DNA from: Clostridia bacterium
GTDB taxonomy: Bacteria > Bacillota > DSM-521 > Neomoorellales > SLTJ01
DNA length: 64,000 nt
Direction: 5' to 3'
Assembly (NCBI GenBank): GCA_024653205.1
Contig: JANLFO010000011.1
Location: 4,940-68,939, forward strand
Part shown: positions 33,242 to 42,414 of the stretch, one piece after another
Numbering within the stretch: position 1 is the stretch's first letter
Layout of the letters: every line of letters starts with the position of its first letter
Position numbers and translations under genes: made by a program
Notes under the pieces: generated by a model
Told to the model about the DNA's origin: nothing
Databases searched by the model: none
The model's input: the letters and a program-made list of their open reading frames with translations, nothing else

Positions 33242-33628
33242 GTGCCGTTAGGCGGGGAAACCCTGGCACGGCGGGTGGAGGAGTTCGCGCGCCTGGTCTC
33301 CGAACAGGGAGAGGCCTTGCGGGCGGGCCGGTGGCAGGCGGCGCGGCGGCTGCAGGAACGGGCTGTCGAGCTGCAGGAGGAACTGGAGGGCCGGCTGGCC
33401 TCGGCGGTGCCGGAGGCAACCGAGGAGGAGCGCCAGGATCTGGCCCGGGCGCTGGCCCTGGCCCTCGAGGAGGTAAGGCGGCAGGAGGCCGCCCTGAGGG
33501 TTCTGCTGGAAGAAACGGGACGGCAGCGGTCGGACCTCCTGACCTGGCGGCGACGGATGCAGAGCGTTTTTGCCGCGGTCCGCAGTGCGGGCTCCGGCTC
33601 CGGCGGCCGGGTCGACACGGTTCGATAA
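33242..33628 (+). CDS. small helical protein in the FliT position (putative flagellar chaperone)
   Basis: 128 aa from GTG 33242 (SD GGAGGGGAG 8 nt upstream). Predicted all-helical and charged (LARRVEEFARLVSEQGEALRAGRWQAARRLQERAVELQEELE). Assignment by position after fliS only. The track ORF 32759..33628 fuses it to out-of-frame fliS sequence. Confidence 0.45.
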   Translation: MPLGGETLARRVEEFARLVSEQGEALRAGRWQAARRLQERAVELQEELEGRLASAVPEATEEERQDLARALALALEEVRRQEAALRVLLEETGRQRSDLLTWRRRMQSVFAAVRSAGSGSGGRVDTVR

Positions 33629-33789
33629 CTGCTTACAAAGGGATGGCCGCAACTGGCCATTCCTCCGGGTGTGCCGGTTTGCCTTTCTCGACATTATCTC
33701 CCTCTAAGCACAATTTTTTTTATCCGTCTGGAGGATTCTCCCTTTCGGCGTGGAATATTTAGTCGAAAATACCAAAAGGGCCAACATTC

Positions 33790-33880
33790 GCCGCTAAGGG
33801 CAAACCACTCGAAAGGGTGGGGCGCAAAGCCACGGGTCTAAGGCCGAACTCAAGGCTAGGACCGCCGGGTTGCCGGAGAA
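33790..33880 (+). promoter_or_regulatory. c-di-GMP-I (GEMM-I) riboswitch aptamer, copy 2
   Basis: AGGGCAAACC-ACUC-GAAA-GGGU-GGGGCGCAAAGCCACGGGUCUAAGG...GCCGGGUUGCCGGA. Same conserved core as copy 1 and Vc2. P1b carries compensatory changes relative to copy 1 (CCGGUC/GGCCGG vs CCACUC/GGGUGG). Confidence 0.85.
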
Positions 33881-33896
33881 TGCTTCACGAGTCTCC

Positions 33897-33924
33897 GACC
33901 GCCCGACGGGGGGTCTTGTTTTTT
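33897..33924 (+). terminator. intrinsic terminator forming the riboswitch expression platform
   Basis: GACC(G)CCC-GACG-GGGGGTC stem followed by TTGTTTTTT. It ends immediately before the flgB SD (GGAGGGG, 33925-33931). Confidence 0.7.
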
Positions 33925-33937
33925 GGAGGGGTGTGAC

Positions 33938-34345
33938 GTGGATCTCATCGGAGGGCGTAGCTGGGAACTGCTCAACCGGGCGCTGGATGCTTTCGCCGTA
34001 CGCCAGCGGGTAATCGCCCATAACGTGGCAAATTTGAATACGCCGGGCTATAAGAAGTACCGGGTGCGTTTTGAGGAGGAACTGCAGGAGGCCAGGCGAC
34101 GGTCCGACCTGCCGCTCTACCGCACCCATCCCCAGCACCTCGACCCCCGGCGCGCTCCGGAGGAGGCAGAGCCGGAAGTGGTGCGGGAAACCGCCACCTC
34201 TTCCCGGCCGGACGGCAACAACGTGGATTTGACCGAGCAGATGGTTCAGCTGGCCATGAACCAGTTTTACTACCAGCTGGCGGCTCAGTCGGCGAGCGGA
34301 TACCTGGCCCGGCTGCGCCTGGTCATAACCGGAGGGCGGCGCTAG
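33938..34345 (+). CDS. flgB: flagellar basal-body rod protein FlgB
   Basis: GTG 33938 lies 6 nt after GGAGGGG. LLNRALDAFAVRQRVIAHNVANLNTPGYKK and C-terminal VDLTEQMVQLAMNQFYYQ. Confidence 0.9.
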   Translation: MDLIGGRSWELLNRALDAFAVRQRVIAHNVANLNTPGYKKYRVRFEEELQEARRRSDLPLYRTHPQHLDPRRAPEEAEPEVVRETATSSRPDGNNVDLTEQMVQLAMNQFYYQLAAQSASGYLARLRLVITGGRR

Positions 34346-34358
34346 CCGCCGGCAGGAG

Positions 34359-34784
34359 GTGAGAGAGACCGTGGGGCTTTTACCGGCGTGGGCCATCAGC
34401 GCGTCCGGAATGGCGGCCGAACAGCTGCGGCTGGACTTGGTGGCCACCAATCTGGCCAACGTTCATACCACCAGGGCGGCGGACGGCGGCCCTTACCGGC
34501 GCCGGGTGGCCCTCTTTGCGGAGAAGCTCGAAGCCGCGGGGAGGTTTGCCGGCCGGGGAGTAAGGGTAGTGGGCATTTGGAAGGATACTTCACCCGCCCA
34601 GCTGGTTTACGACCCGAACCACCCCGACGCCGACGCCCGGGGATACGTGGCCCTGCCCAACGTTAACGTGGTGAACGAGATGGTAGACCTCCTGACTGCC
34701 ACCCGAGCCTACGAGGCCAACGTGACCGTGCTCAACGCGGCCAAGTCTATGGCTCTGAAGGCGCTGGAGATCGGCCGGGCGTAG
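34359..34784 (+). CDS. flgC: flagellar basal-body rod protein FlgC
   Basis: ISASGMAAEQLRLDLVATNLANVHTTR...GYVALPNVNVVNEMVDLLTATRAYEANV. Start is 34359 or 34371. Confidence 0.9.
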   Translation: MRETVGLLPAWAISASGMAAEQLRLDLVATNLANVHTTRAADGGPYRRRVALFAEKLEAAGRFAGRGVRVVGIWKDTSPAQLVYDPNHPDADARGYVALPNVNVVNEMVDLLTATRAYEANVTVLNAAKSMALKALEIGRA

Positions 34785-34820
34785 ACCGCAACTCGACCAG
34801 AAGGGAGAGGTGAAGCGCAG

Positions 34821-35117
34821 ATGCGGGTGGAAGCGGTAGCCAGCATGCTGGCGCCGGCGCCAGCCGAAGGAGTGGGGAAGGAGGGTGCGGCTGCGCCCCG
34901 TTCCTTCGGCGACGTGCTGGCGGAAAAGCTGGCCGAGGTAGATGCCCTGCAGAAGCGGGCGACGGAAATGCTGGAAGGATTCCTTGCCGGTGAGGTCACG
35001 GACGTGCACGAGGTCATCCTGGCCGCGCAGCAGGCGGAGCTGGCATTGCAGCTTACGGTGGAGATACGCAACCGGGTGATCGAGGCCTACCAGGAAGTGG
35101 CCAGGATGCAGCTCTAG
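34821..35117 (+). CDS. fliE: flagellar hook-basal body complex protein FliE
   Basis: 98 aa. FGDVLAEKLAEVDALQKRA...VHEVILAAQQAELALQLTVEIRNRVIEAYQEVARMQ. Confidence 0.9.
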   Translation: MRVEAVASMLAPAPAEGVGKEGAAAPRSFGDVLAEKLAEVDALQKRATEMLEGFLAGEVTDVHEVILAAQQAELALQLTVEIRNRVIEAYQEVARMQL

Positions 35118-35140
35118 CCGGAAAGGGGCGGGAGCCTTAG

Positions 35141-36700
35141 GTGCCGGCGTGGCTGGGTAAGCTTAGAGAAAAATGGAACAATGTGCCTGCGGGTCGGCGA
35201 GTGGCCCTGGTACTGGCAGCGGCAGCGGTGCTGGCGGGCGTGATCCTGCTCCTCCAGTGGGCGGGAAGAGAGCGCTACGTGCCTCTGTTTACCAACCTGG
35301 AGTTGTCGGAAGCGGCAGAAATCGTGGCCAGGCTCAAGGAGGACAAGGTTCCTTACCAGCTGGTGGCCGACGGCACCACCATCCTGGTGCCGGAGAGCAG
35401 GGTTTACGACCTGCGCCTGGAGGTGGCGGGAAGCGGGCTTCTGGCCGGCAGCGGTGTGGGGTTCGAGCTCTTTGACAAGACCCAGCTGGGCATGACCGAT
35501 ACCCAGTGGCACCTGAACTACCAGCGGGCCCTGCAGGAGGAACTCCGGCGGACCATCGTGCAGTACGACCAGATAGAGCAGGCCCGGGTGCACCTGGTTA
35601 TACCCCAGCCCAGCGTGTTTCTGGAGGAGGCCCAGCCGGCCTCGGCGGCGGTGCTGCTCAAACTCCGGCCCATGGCCGCTCTGGATGCCGAGCAGGTCAG
35701 GAGCATCATGTACCTGGTGGCCTCCAGCGTGGAGGGGATGCGGCCGGAGAACGTGCGGGTGGTGGATACTCAGGGCCGGGTGCTGAGCGAGGGGGTACTC
35801 CCGCAGGGCGAGGAAGGCCAGGCGGCTGCGGCCGGAGCCGACCAGCAGGAGCTGAAGCGCCGCTTCGAGCAGGAGCTGGAGCGCCGCATCCAGCAGAAGC
35901 TCGAGACCGTGCTGGGGCCGGGCAACGTCGTGGTTATGGTGACCGCGGATCTCGATTTTAGCCGGCGCGAGGTCACGCGGCTGGAGTACGACGACACCGG
36001 CGCGGTGCGCAGCGAGCAGGTGCTTCAGGAGCAGGCCAGCAGTTCGGGAGGGGCCGCCCTTCCGCCGGTAGGGGACGTGAACCGTCAGCCGGAAACCTAT
36101 CTGGAAAGCACCTCGGGCGGCGAGTCTTCCTACAACCGCACTCAGACCACCCGGAATTACGAGCTGGGTAAGACCGAGGAAAAGGTGGTGTACGCCCCCG
36201 GGCGGGTGGAGCGGCTGGCCACGGCGGTGGTAATCAACGGCCCCCTGGACACCACCACCGAGCAGCAGATCCGGGAAATAGTGGCCGCGGCCGCCGGATG
36301 CGACCCCCAGCGGGGGGATCAGATCGCCCTTACCAGCATGGCCTTCGACCGCAGCCTGCAGGCCCAGATGGAGCAGGAAATGGCCGAGGCCGAGGCCACG
36401 CTCAAGCGGCGACAGCAGATAGAGCAGTACGTTACCTGGGGGGCGGTGGGAGCGGCGCTCCTGGTTGCCCTGGTGTTGGGCCTGATAGCGCTGCGGCGCC
36501 GTCCGGCGCCCGTGCCGGTGGAACTGGCTCCGGCGCTGGAGGCGGTGGTCCCCATAGAACCCTCCGCACCGCCGGAAGAGGCGGCAGTAGCCGCGGCGGA
36601 GCGGGAGGCGCGGGACAAGGTGGAGAAGGTGCGGGATATCGTGCGGCGGCGGCCGGAGGAGGCCGTGCAATTGCTTAAGGCCTGGCTGGGGGAGGATTAG
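35141..36700 (+). CDS. fliF: flagellar M-ring protein FliF
   Basis: 519 aa. N-terminal TM, YVPLFTNLELSEAAEIVARLKEDKVPYQL, and a second TM near the C-terminus (VTWGAVGAALLVALVLGLIAL). Confidence 0.95.
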   Translation: MPAWLGKLREKWNNVPAGRRVALVLAAAAVLAGVILLLQWAGRERYVPLFTNLELSEAAEIVARLKEDKVPYQLVADGTTILVPESRVYDLRLEVAGSGLLAGSGVGFELFDKTQLGMTDTQWHLNYQRALQEELRRTIVQYDQIEQARVHLVIPQPSVFLEEAQPASAAVLLKLRPMAALDAEQVRSIMYLVASSVEGMRPENVRVVDTQGRVLSEGVLPQGEEGQAAAAGADQQELKRRFEQELERRIQQKLETVLGPGNVVVMVTADLDFSRREVTRLEYDDTGAVRSEQVLQEQASSSGGAALPPVGDVNRQPETYLESTSGGESSYNRTQTTRNYELGKTEEKVVYAPGRVERLATAVVINGPLDTTTEQQIREIVAAAAGCDPQRGDQIALTSMAFDRSLQAQMEQEMAEAEATLKRRQQIEQYVTWGAVGAALLVALVLGLIALRRRPAPVPVELAPALEAVVPIEPSAPPEEAAVAAAEREARDKVEKVRDIVRRRPEEAVQLLKAWLGED

Positions 36701-36709
36701 GACCGGGTC

Positions 36710-37732
36710 ATGAGTATGCCGGCGGCGAGACTGTCGAGGCTGAGCGGCCTGCGTAAGGCGGCGGTATTGCTTATAACGCTGGGCCCGGAGCTTTCGGCCG
36801 CGATCCTGAAGCAGTTTCCTCAGGAGGACATCGAGCGCATCAGTTCGGAGATCGCCAATACCTCGGCGGTGTCTCCGGAAATCCAGCAGGCAGTCGTGGA
36901 GGAGTTCCTGGAGCTCAGCGAGGCGCAGCAGTACATCCTGCGCGGCGGGGTCAAGTATGCCCGGGAGGTGCTGGAGCGTACCGTAGGGCCGCAGCGGGCG
37001 CAGGAAATCATCCGCAAGCTGACGGAGAGCTCGGCCATTCGGCCCTTTTCCCTGGTGCGCAAGACCGATCCGCGCCAACTGCTGAATTTCATCACCGGCG
37101 AGCATCCCCAGACCATTTCCCTGATCCTTTCCTACCTGGATCCGGAACAGGCGGCGGTGATCCTGGGCGCCTTGCCGGAAGAGCAGCAGATTGACATCGC
37201 CAAGCGCATCGCCCAGATGGAGCGGACCTCGCCGGAGATCGTCCGCGAAGTGGAAAAAGCCCTGGAGGGTCGCCTTTCCACGCTGGTGGGGCAGGATTTC
37301 ACCGCCGTGGGCGGGGTAAAGGCCCTGGTAGACATCCTCAACCGGGTGGACCGGGGCACGGAAAAAACCATCCTGGAAGCCCTGGACCAGGAAGACCCGG
37401 AGCTGGCGGAAGAAGTGCGCAAGCGCATGTTCGTCTTCGAGGACATCGTCACCCTGGACGACAACTCCATCCGGCGGGTGCTGCGCGAGGTGGACATGAA
37501 GGATCTCGCCTATGCCCTCAAGGGCAGCAGCGAGGAAGTGCGCCAGCGCATCTTCCGCAACCTGTCCCAGCGGGCGGGAGAGATGCTCCGCGAGGACATG
37601 GAAATGCTGGGCCCGGTGCGCCTGCGGGACGTGGAGGCGGCGCAATCCAAGATCGTGCAAATAATCCGGCGGTTGGACGAAACCGGCGAGATCATCATCT
37701 CGCGGGGTGGAGAAGATGCCATTGTTGTCTAG
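36710..37732 (+). CDS. fliG: flagellar motor switch protein FliG
   Basis: 340 aa. LSGLRKAAVLLITLGPELSAAILKQF...MFVFEDIVTLDDNSIRRVLREVD...EDMEMLGPVRLRDVEAAQ. Confidence 0.95.
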   Translation: MSMPAARLSRLSGLRKAAVLLITLGPELSAAILKQFPQEDIERISSEIANTSAVSPEIQQAVVEEFLELSEAQQYILRGGVKYAREVLERTVGPQRAQEIIRKLTESSAIRPFSLVRKTDPRQLLNFITGEHPQTISLILSYLDPEQAAVILGALPEEQQIDIAKRIAQMERTSPEIVREVEKALEGRLSTLVGQDFTAVGGVKALVDILNRVDRGTEKTILEALDQEDPELAEEVRKRMFVFEDIVTLDDNSIRRVLREVDMKDLAYALKGSSEEVRQRIFRNLSQRAGEMLREDMEMLGPVRLRDVEAAQSKIVQIIRRLDETGEIIISRGGEDAIVV

Positions 37733-38495
37733 GGTATTCAAACCCGGTCAGGTTATGCCCGACGGCCGGTATCTGCTGGCGGTGCGGACGGTGGCAGAAC
37801 CGGAGACCGAGGGGTCCGGAGAAGAGGCCCGGCAACTAGTACAGGAGGCAATCGGCCGGGCAGAAGCCTTGCTTGCCCGGGCGAGGGAAGAGGCGGAGAC
37901 CCTCTTGCGGGAGGCAGAGACCCGGAGGGCGGAGATAGAAAAGCAGGCCTACGAGGAGGGATACCGCCGGGGATACGCTGCAGCGCTGGAAGAGGCCCGC
38001 CGGGAGGCGGAGGAGATCAGGCTTCAGGCGCAGGCGGTGCTGCAGGAGGCCCGGCGGTTGCGGGAAGAGATGATAGCCGGCGCCGAGCCGGAATTGGTGG
38101 AGCTGGCTTTGGACATTGCCAGGCAGGTGGTACACCGGCAGTTATCGGTGGAGCCGGAAACGGTGGCGAACGTGGTGCGCGAGGCCGCCCTGCGGCTGCG
38201 GGGTCGGCGCCAACTGGTGGTACTGGTGAATCCTCAGGATGCGGCGCTGGTGCACTCCCGGGTTTCCGAGCTTCGCGCCGAATTGGGCCCGGAAGCCACG
38301 ATACACGTCCTGTCCGACCCGGGCATCCCGGCGGGCGGGTGTCGGGTGGAATCCGAGGCCGGCCAGGTGGAGGCTACGGTAGAAGGTCAGCTGGAGCGGC
38401 TGGGCCGGGCCCTGCGCGAGCTGGCCCGGGAGCGCGCTCCGGAGGAGAAGCAGGAGGAGAAGCAGCCGGAGGCGGAGGCAGGCGGCAGTGGTTAG
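37716..38495 (+). CDS. fliH: flagellar assembly protein FliH
   Basis: ATG 37716 lies 6 nt after GGGGTGGAG. Charged coiled-coil N-terminal half and C-terminal FliH-type domain ([19 protein letters not shown]). Positioned between fliG and fliI. Confidence 0.8.
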   Translation: MPLLSRVFKPGQVMPDGRYLLAVRTVAEPETEGSGEEARQLVQEAIGRAEALLARAREEAETLLREAETRRAEIEKQAYEEGYRRGYAAALEEARREAEEIRLQAQAVLQEARRLREEMIAGAEPELVELALDIARQVVHRQLSVEPETVANVVREAALRLRGRRQLVVLVNPQDAALVHSRVSELRAELGPEATIHVLSDPGIPAGGCRVESEAGQVEATVEGQLERLGRALRELARERAPEEKQEEKQPEAEAGGSG

Positions 38496-39789
38496 TCTGG
38501 CGGTCTACCGGGACATGGTGCGGGGTTTTGACCCCCTGGAGGTTGCCGGCCGGGTCATCCGGGTGGTAGGGCTCACCGTGGAGGCCTCGGGGCTGGAGCT
38601 TCCGGTAGGGGAGCTTTGCCGGGTAGGTACGGGGGAGACGGCGGTGGTGGCCGAGGTAGTAGGTTTCCGGGAGGAGACCACCCTGCTGCTGCCCCTGGGG
38701 GAGCTGGGCGGGATTGCGCCGGGGCAAAAGGTGGTTCCTACCGGGCGCGCCCACCTGATAGGCGTGGGGTGGAACCTGCTGGGCCGCGTACTGGACGGCC
38801 TGGGACAGCCCCTGGACGGCCGGCCCCTGCCGCCGCCGCAGGCCTGGTACCCGGTACAGGGTACGGTTCCCAATCCCCTTTCCCGCCGGCGGATCACCCA
38901 GGCCCTGCCTACGGGGGTGCGGGCGGTGGACGCCGTGCTTACCCTGGGCCGGGGCCAGCGGATGGGCATCTTTGCCGGGAGCGGGGTGGGGAAGAGCACC
39001 CTTCTGGGCATGATCGCCCGCCACAGCCGGGCGGACGTGAACGTGATCGCCCTGATCGGCGAGCGGGGGCGGGAGGTGCTGGACTTCCTGGAAAGGGACC
39101 TGGGGCCGCAGGGGCGGGAGCGGTCGGTGGTGGTGGTGGCCACTTCCGACCGGCCGGCGCTGGTCCGGGTCAAGGGGGCGCTGGTGGCCACGGCCATTGC
39201 GGAATTCTTCCGCGACCAGGGCGCCCAGGTGATGCTGATGATGGACTCGCTGACCCGTCTGGCCATGGCCCAGCGGGAGGTGGGGCTGGCCGTAGGCGAG
39301 CCGCCTACGGCGCGCGGTTATACCCCCTCGGTGTTCGCCCTGCTGCCGCAGCTCCTGGAGCGGGCGGGTCAGACGGAAAAGGGATCCATAACCGGGCTCT
39401 ATACCGTGCTGGTAGACGGCGACGACTTCAACGAGCCCATCAGCGATGCTGCCCGGGCCATCCTGGACGGCCACATCGTGCTGTCGCGGCGTTTGGCCAA
39501 TCGCAACCACTTTCCGGCCATCGAGGTCACGGCCAGCGTGAGCCGGCTCATGGGCGAGGTCGCTTCCCCGGAACACCGGGAGGCTGCCGGCCGCCTGCGC
39601 GAACTGCTGGCGGCATACGAGCAGGTGGAGGACCTGATCAACATCGGTGCCTACCAGAAAGGCAGCAATGCCCGGGTGGACCGGGCGGTGGAGAAGCACG
39701 AGGCCATCATGTCCTTTCTGCGCCAGGGTTTGGAGGAATACAGCTCCTTTGAAGAAGCGCTGGCCGGGCTGGAGACGCTGGTGGCCTAG
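38488..39789 (+). CDS. fliI: flagellum-specific ATPase FliI
   Basis: 433 aa. Walker A GSGVGKST, Walker [12 protein letters not shown]1/T3SS-ATPase layout. Confidence 0.95.
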   Translation: MVSLAVYRDMVRGFDPLEVAGRVIRVVGLTVEASGLELPVGELCRVGTGETAVVAEVVGFREETTLLLPLGELGGIAPGQKVVPTGRAHLIGVGWNLLGRVLDGLGQPLDGRPLPPPQAWYPVQGTVPNPLSRRRITQALPTGVRAVDAVLTLGRGQRMGIFAGSGVGKSTLLGMIARHSRADVNVIALIGERGREVLDFLERDLGPQGRERSVVVVATSDRPALVRVKGALVATAIAEFFRDQGAQVMLMMDSLTRLAMAQREVGLAVGEPPTARGYTPSVFALLPQLLERAGQTEKGSITGLYTVLVDGDDFNEPISDAARAILDGHIVLSRRLANRNHFPAIEVTASVSRLMGEVASPEHREAAGRLRELLAAYEQVEDLINIGAYQKGSNARVDRAVEKHEAIMSFLRQGLEEYSSFEEALAGLETLVA

Positions 39790-39800
39790 GGGGAACGATC

Positions 39801-40259
39801 GTGGCGCGGTTTCGCTTTTCCCTGGAATCGGTGCTGAGCTACCGGCGCTTCCGCGAGGAGCAGGAACTGCGGCGGCTGGCGGAGGGGTACCGCCGGGAGC
39901 GCCGGGCGGAGGCGCAGCTTGCCGCCTGGCGGGGGGAACTGGCCCGGCGGCAGGAGGAAGCGGGGGGTTCCGGGGCGGACCTGGGCGAGAGGCTTCATAC
40001 GGCCGTCTACCTGGAGTTTCTGGCCGGGAGGGTGAGGCGGCAGCGGGAGGAACTGGAAGGGCTGCGCCGCGAGGTTAGAGAGCTGGAAGGTTGCGCCGCC
40101 CGGGCCTCGCAGGAGCGTCGGGCCCTGGAACGGCTAAGGGATCACCGGCGGGAACAGTGGCAGTACGAAGAAGGGAGGTGTAGCCAGCGGGAGGCGGACG
40201 AAATGGTACTTCTGCGCTACGGCGGTTCTCGATGGGAGGAAGGAGGTGAGGAGTATTGA
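39801..40259 (+). CDS. fliJ: flagellar export protein FliJ
   Basis: 152 aa. RFRFSLESVLSYRRFREEQELRRLAE is the FliJ coiled-coil pattern. Position is after fliI. Confidence 0.8.
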   Translation: MARFRFSLESVLSYRRFREEQELRRLAEGYRRERRAEAQLAAWRGELARRQEEAGGSGADLGERLHTAVYLEFLAGRVRRQREELEGLRREVRELEGCAARASQERRALERLRDHRREQWQYEEGRCSQREADEMVLLRYGGSRWEEGGEEY

Positions 40260-41413
40260 CGGTGGTGACGGAAGTAAACCCGGCGGCGCGGCCGGCAGAA
40301 ACGCAGGAGGGAGGACGGGCCTCGACGATCGAGGGGCCGGAGTTCGGCAACCTTCTGGCCCTGCTGCTGGCCTTGCTGGCGGTGCCCGCGCAGGCGGAGG
40401 CTCCTTCTTCAGTGCCTCTCGCCGCGGGCACGGCAGTAGAAGGCGGGGCGCAGGGGAGCCAACAGGCGCCTGTCGGTTCCGGGGCAGCGTGGAGTGCGGG
40501 CGGCGCCGAGCCCGGTGTGCCCGTGGACGGCCCTCAGGGTGGTCTGGCCGATGCGGCTGCCAGAGCCGCACCTGCTCCGGTTGAGGGCGCCGCGCAGAAC
40601 GCGCCCGCTTCCGCGCCTCCGGTCCTGGCGTCGGAAGCGGAGGCCGCCGGCGTGGAACTGACGGTTCCGGCCGGCGTCGGCGCCAGGGTGGCGGAGAGCG
40701 GGAACCGGCCCGCCTGCCCGGACGCTCCGGGCCGGTCGGAGGCGAAGTCGGCCGGGGCCGAGCCGTCCGAGCCAAGGGCCGCTCCGGCGCCGGTGAATCC
40801 GGACGGTGAAGCGAGGGCGGATTTCTTGCCGGCCGTTTCCCGGGCAGACGGTCCGGAGAAGGCGGTGCAGGCCCTGCGCTTCACCGCCGGAACCGGAGGA
40901 GAGAGTTCGGGGCTGCAGGGTCCGGGAGCCGGGGTGTCTGAGACGGCCGGCGGCAGGGTAGCCGGGGAAGAGGCCTTTGGACCTGTGGGCCGCGCCCGGG
41001 CCGAAGGTGCGGAGGTCACGGTGGCCCGGGAGCTGGTGCAGCAGGGCCTGGCGGTGTGGCAGCACGGCTACGGGTACGTGCGGCTCAAGCTCAAGCCCGA
41101 TTTTCTCGGCCGGGTAGAGGTGCAGGTGAGCAGTCACCTGGGCCGGCTGAGCGCCCAGGTGGTGGTGGAAAACGAGGCGGCGCGGCAGTTGCTGCAGGGC
41201 AGCTTTTCCCACCTGCGGGACAACCTGGCCCAGTACGGCCTCAACCTCGAGCGGTTAAGCGTGGAGGTGGGCGGATACGGGTCGGGCGCCGCCCAGTCCG
41301 AGGGCCGGGATTCCGGCTATTACCATTATTATCCGTCGGTACCCGAGTTCGGTCCGGCGGCGGAACCGGGGACGCCGGAGAGTTTCCGCTCTCTGGTAAA
41401 TTGCCTGGCGTGA
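40256..41413 (+). CDS. fliK: flagellar hook-length control protein FliK
   Basis: 385 aa. Low-complexity Ala/Pro/Gly-rich N-terminal two-thirds. C-terminal Flg_hook-type domain YVRLKLKPDFLGRVEVQVSSHLGRLSAQVVVENEAARQLLQGSFSHLRDNLAQYGL. Confidence 0.8.
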   Translation: MTVVTEVNPAARPAETQEGGRASTIEGPEFGNLLALLLALLAVPAQAEAPSSVPLAAGTAVEGGAQGSQQAPVGSGAAWSAGGAEPGVPVDGPQGGLADAAARAAPAPVEGAAQNAPASAPPVLASEAEAAGVELTVPAGVGARVAESGNRPACPDAPGRSEAKSAGAEPSEPRAAPAPVNPDGEARADFLPAVSRADGPEKAVQALRFTAGTGGESSGLQGPGAGVSETAGGRVAGEEAFGPVGRARAEGAEVTVARELVQQGLAVWQHGYGYVRLKLKPDFLGRVEVQVSSHLGRLSAQVVVENEAARQLLQGSFSHLRDNLAQYGLNLERLSVEVGGYGSGAAQSEGRDSGYYHYYPSVPEFGPAAEPGTPESFRSLVNCLA

Positions 41414-41461
41414 GTTCATCTTGAGGTAGCCGAGAGGGGGCAGCTCTATGGGGTAGAGAGC

Positions 41462-41959
41462 GTGAGCTTGGTAAGCGGCAGCAGTTCGAGCCAATCCAGC
41501 GTTAGCAGTACCTTGGGGCTGAGCGGCGAGGACTTCCTGCAGATTCTGGTAACCCAGTTGCGCTACCAGAACCCGCTGGCCCCCATGGACAATCTCCAGT
41601 TCATGACCGAACTCGCCCAGTTCGCGGTGCTGCAGGAGCTGATCACCCTGCGTTCCGAGATGGAAGAGACCAGGCAGCAGCTGGAAGAATTAATGCAGGC
41701 TTCGGCGGCGGAACAGGAAGCGCACCGGGCCCTGACCCTGATAGGCATGGAGGTTGTGGCCCGGGACGACGCCGGCGACACCCGGCAGGGCGTGGTGACC
41801 GGGGTGCGCCTGAACGAGGGAACGGTTTATCTGCTGCTGGGCGAGACGGCGGTGCGGCTGGACGGCGTGATAGAGGTGCGGCAACCCGCGGCAGGCGAGG
41901 CCTCGGTCGAACCGGTTTCCGAAACCGAAAGCCCAGACGGGACGGCGGAGGGAGCGTAG
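41462..41959 (+). CDS. flgD: flagellar hook capping/assembly protein FlgD
   Basis: 165 aa. GEDFLQILVTQLRYQNPLAPMDNLQFMTELAQFAVLQEL. Confidence 0.9.
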   Translation: MSLVSGSSSSQSSVSSTLGLSGEDFLQILVTQLRYQNPLAPMDNLQFMTELAQFAVLQELITLRSEMEETRQQLEELMQASAAEQEAHRALTLIGMEVVARDDAGDTRQGVVTGVRLNEGTVYLLLGETAVRLDGVIEVRQPAAGEASVEPVSETESPDGTAEGA

Positions 41960-42333
41960 TGGTAGAGCGGATTCAAGGGTTGAGGCCGGCAGAGGCGGGC
42001 ACGGTCCGGCCTTCCCGGCCTGAGGGCATAGACGGGCGCGGCCGTTTCGCGGAGATCCTGCGCGAGAAGCTGGCCCCCGGGGAGGTGCGCTTTTCCCAGC
42101 ACGCCCTGGCCCGGCTGGAAAGCCGGGAGATCGAGCTTTCCGCCGGGCACCTGGCGCGGCTGGAGCGGGCGGTATCCCTGGCCGCGGCCAAGGGGGCCAG
42201 GGAATCGCTGGTGCTGATGGACGATCTGGCCCTACTGGTGAGCGTTTCTAACCGCACGGTGATTACCGCCCTCAAAGGGACGGAGAACCGGGAGCGGGTG
42301 TACACCAACATCGACAGCGCGGTGATAATCTAG
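41959..42333 (+). CDS. flagellar operon protein (small conserved protein found between flgD and flgE in Firmicutes, TIGR02530-like)
   Basis: 124 aa. VRFSQHALARLESREIELSAGHLARLERAVSLAAAKGARESLVLMDDLALLVSVSNRTVITAL. Recognised by this conserved pattern and by position. Confidence 0.65.
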   Translation: MVERIQGLRPAEAGTVRPSRPEGIDGRGRFAEILREKLAPGEVRFSQHALARLESREIELSAGHLARLERAVSLAAAKGARESLVLMDDLALLVSVSNRTVITALKGTENRERVYTNIDSAVII

Positions 42334-42414
42334 CGGGGCGGACCTCTGTCGAGGGGCCCCGGGGCGGGCGGATCGACCGAAGCCCGCCCAGACCACGAGG
42401 GAGGTCGATTTCCT

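Noticed and set aside
32759-33628. 289-aa ORF overlapping fliS
   Set aside because: The first 160 codons are an alternative frame of fliS with Gly/Arg/Pro-rich composition. Only the distal 128 codons (from GTG 33242, with its own SD) are kept as a FliT-position protein.
33700-33790. Attempt to define the promoter for the flgB riboswitch (TCGACA-N17-CAATTT; TGgAATATT extended -10)
   Set aside because: The candidate hexamers match the consensus poorly and disagree with each other. I could not support a specific promoter call from sequence alone.
35114-37741. 875-aa ORF on the minus strand, antisense to fliF and fliG
   Set aside because: It lies antisense to two unmistakable flagellar genes. 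Its translation is a low-complexity Arg/Gly/Pro/His-rich sequence typical of stop-codon-poor antisense frames in high-GC DNA, and it has no plausible RBS.
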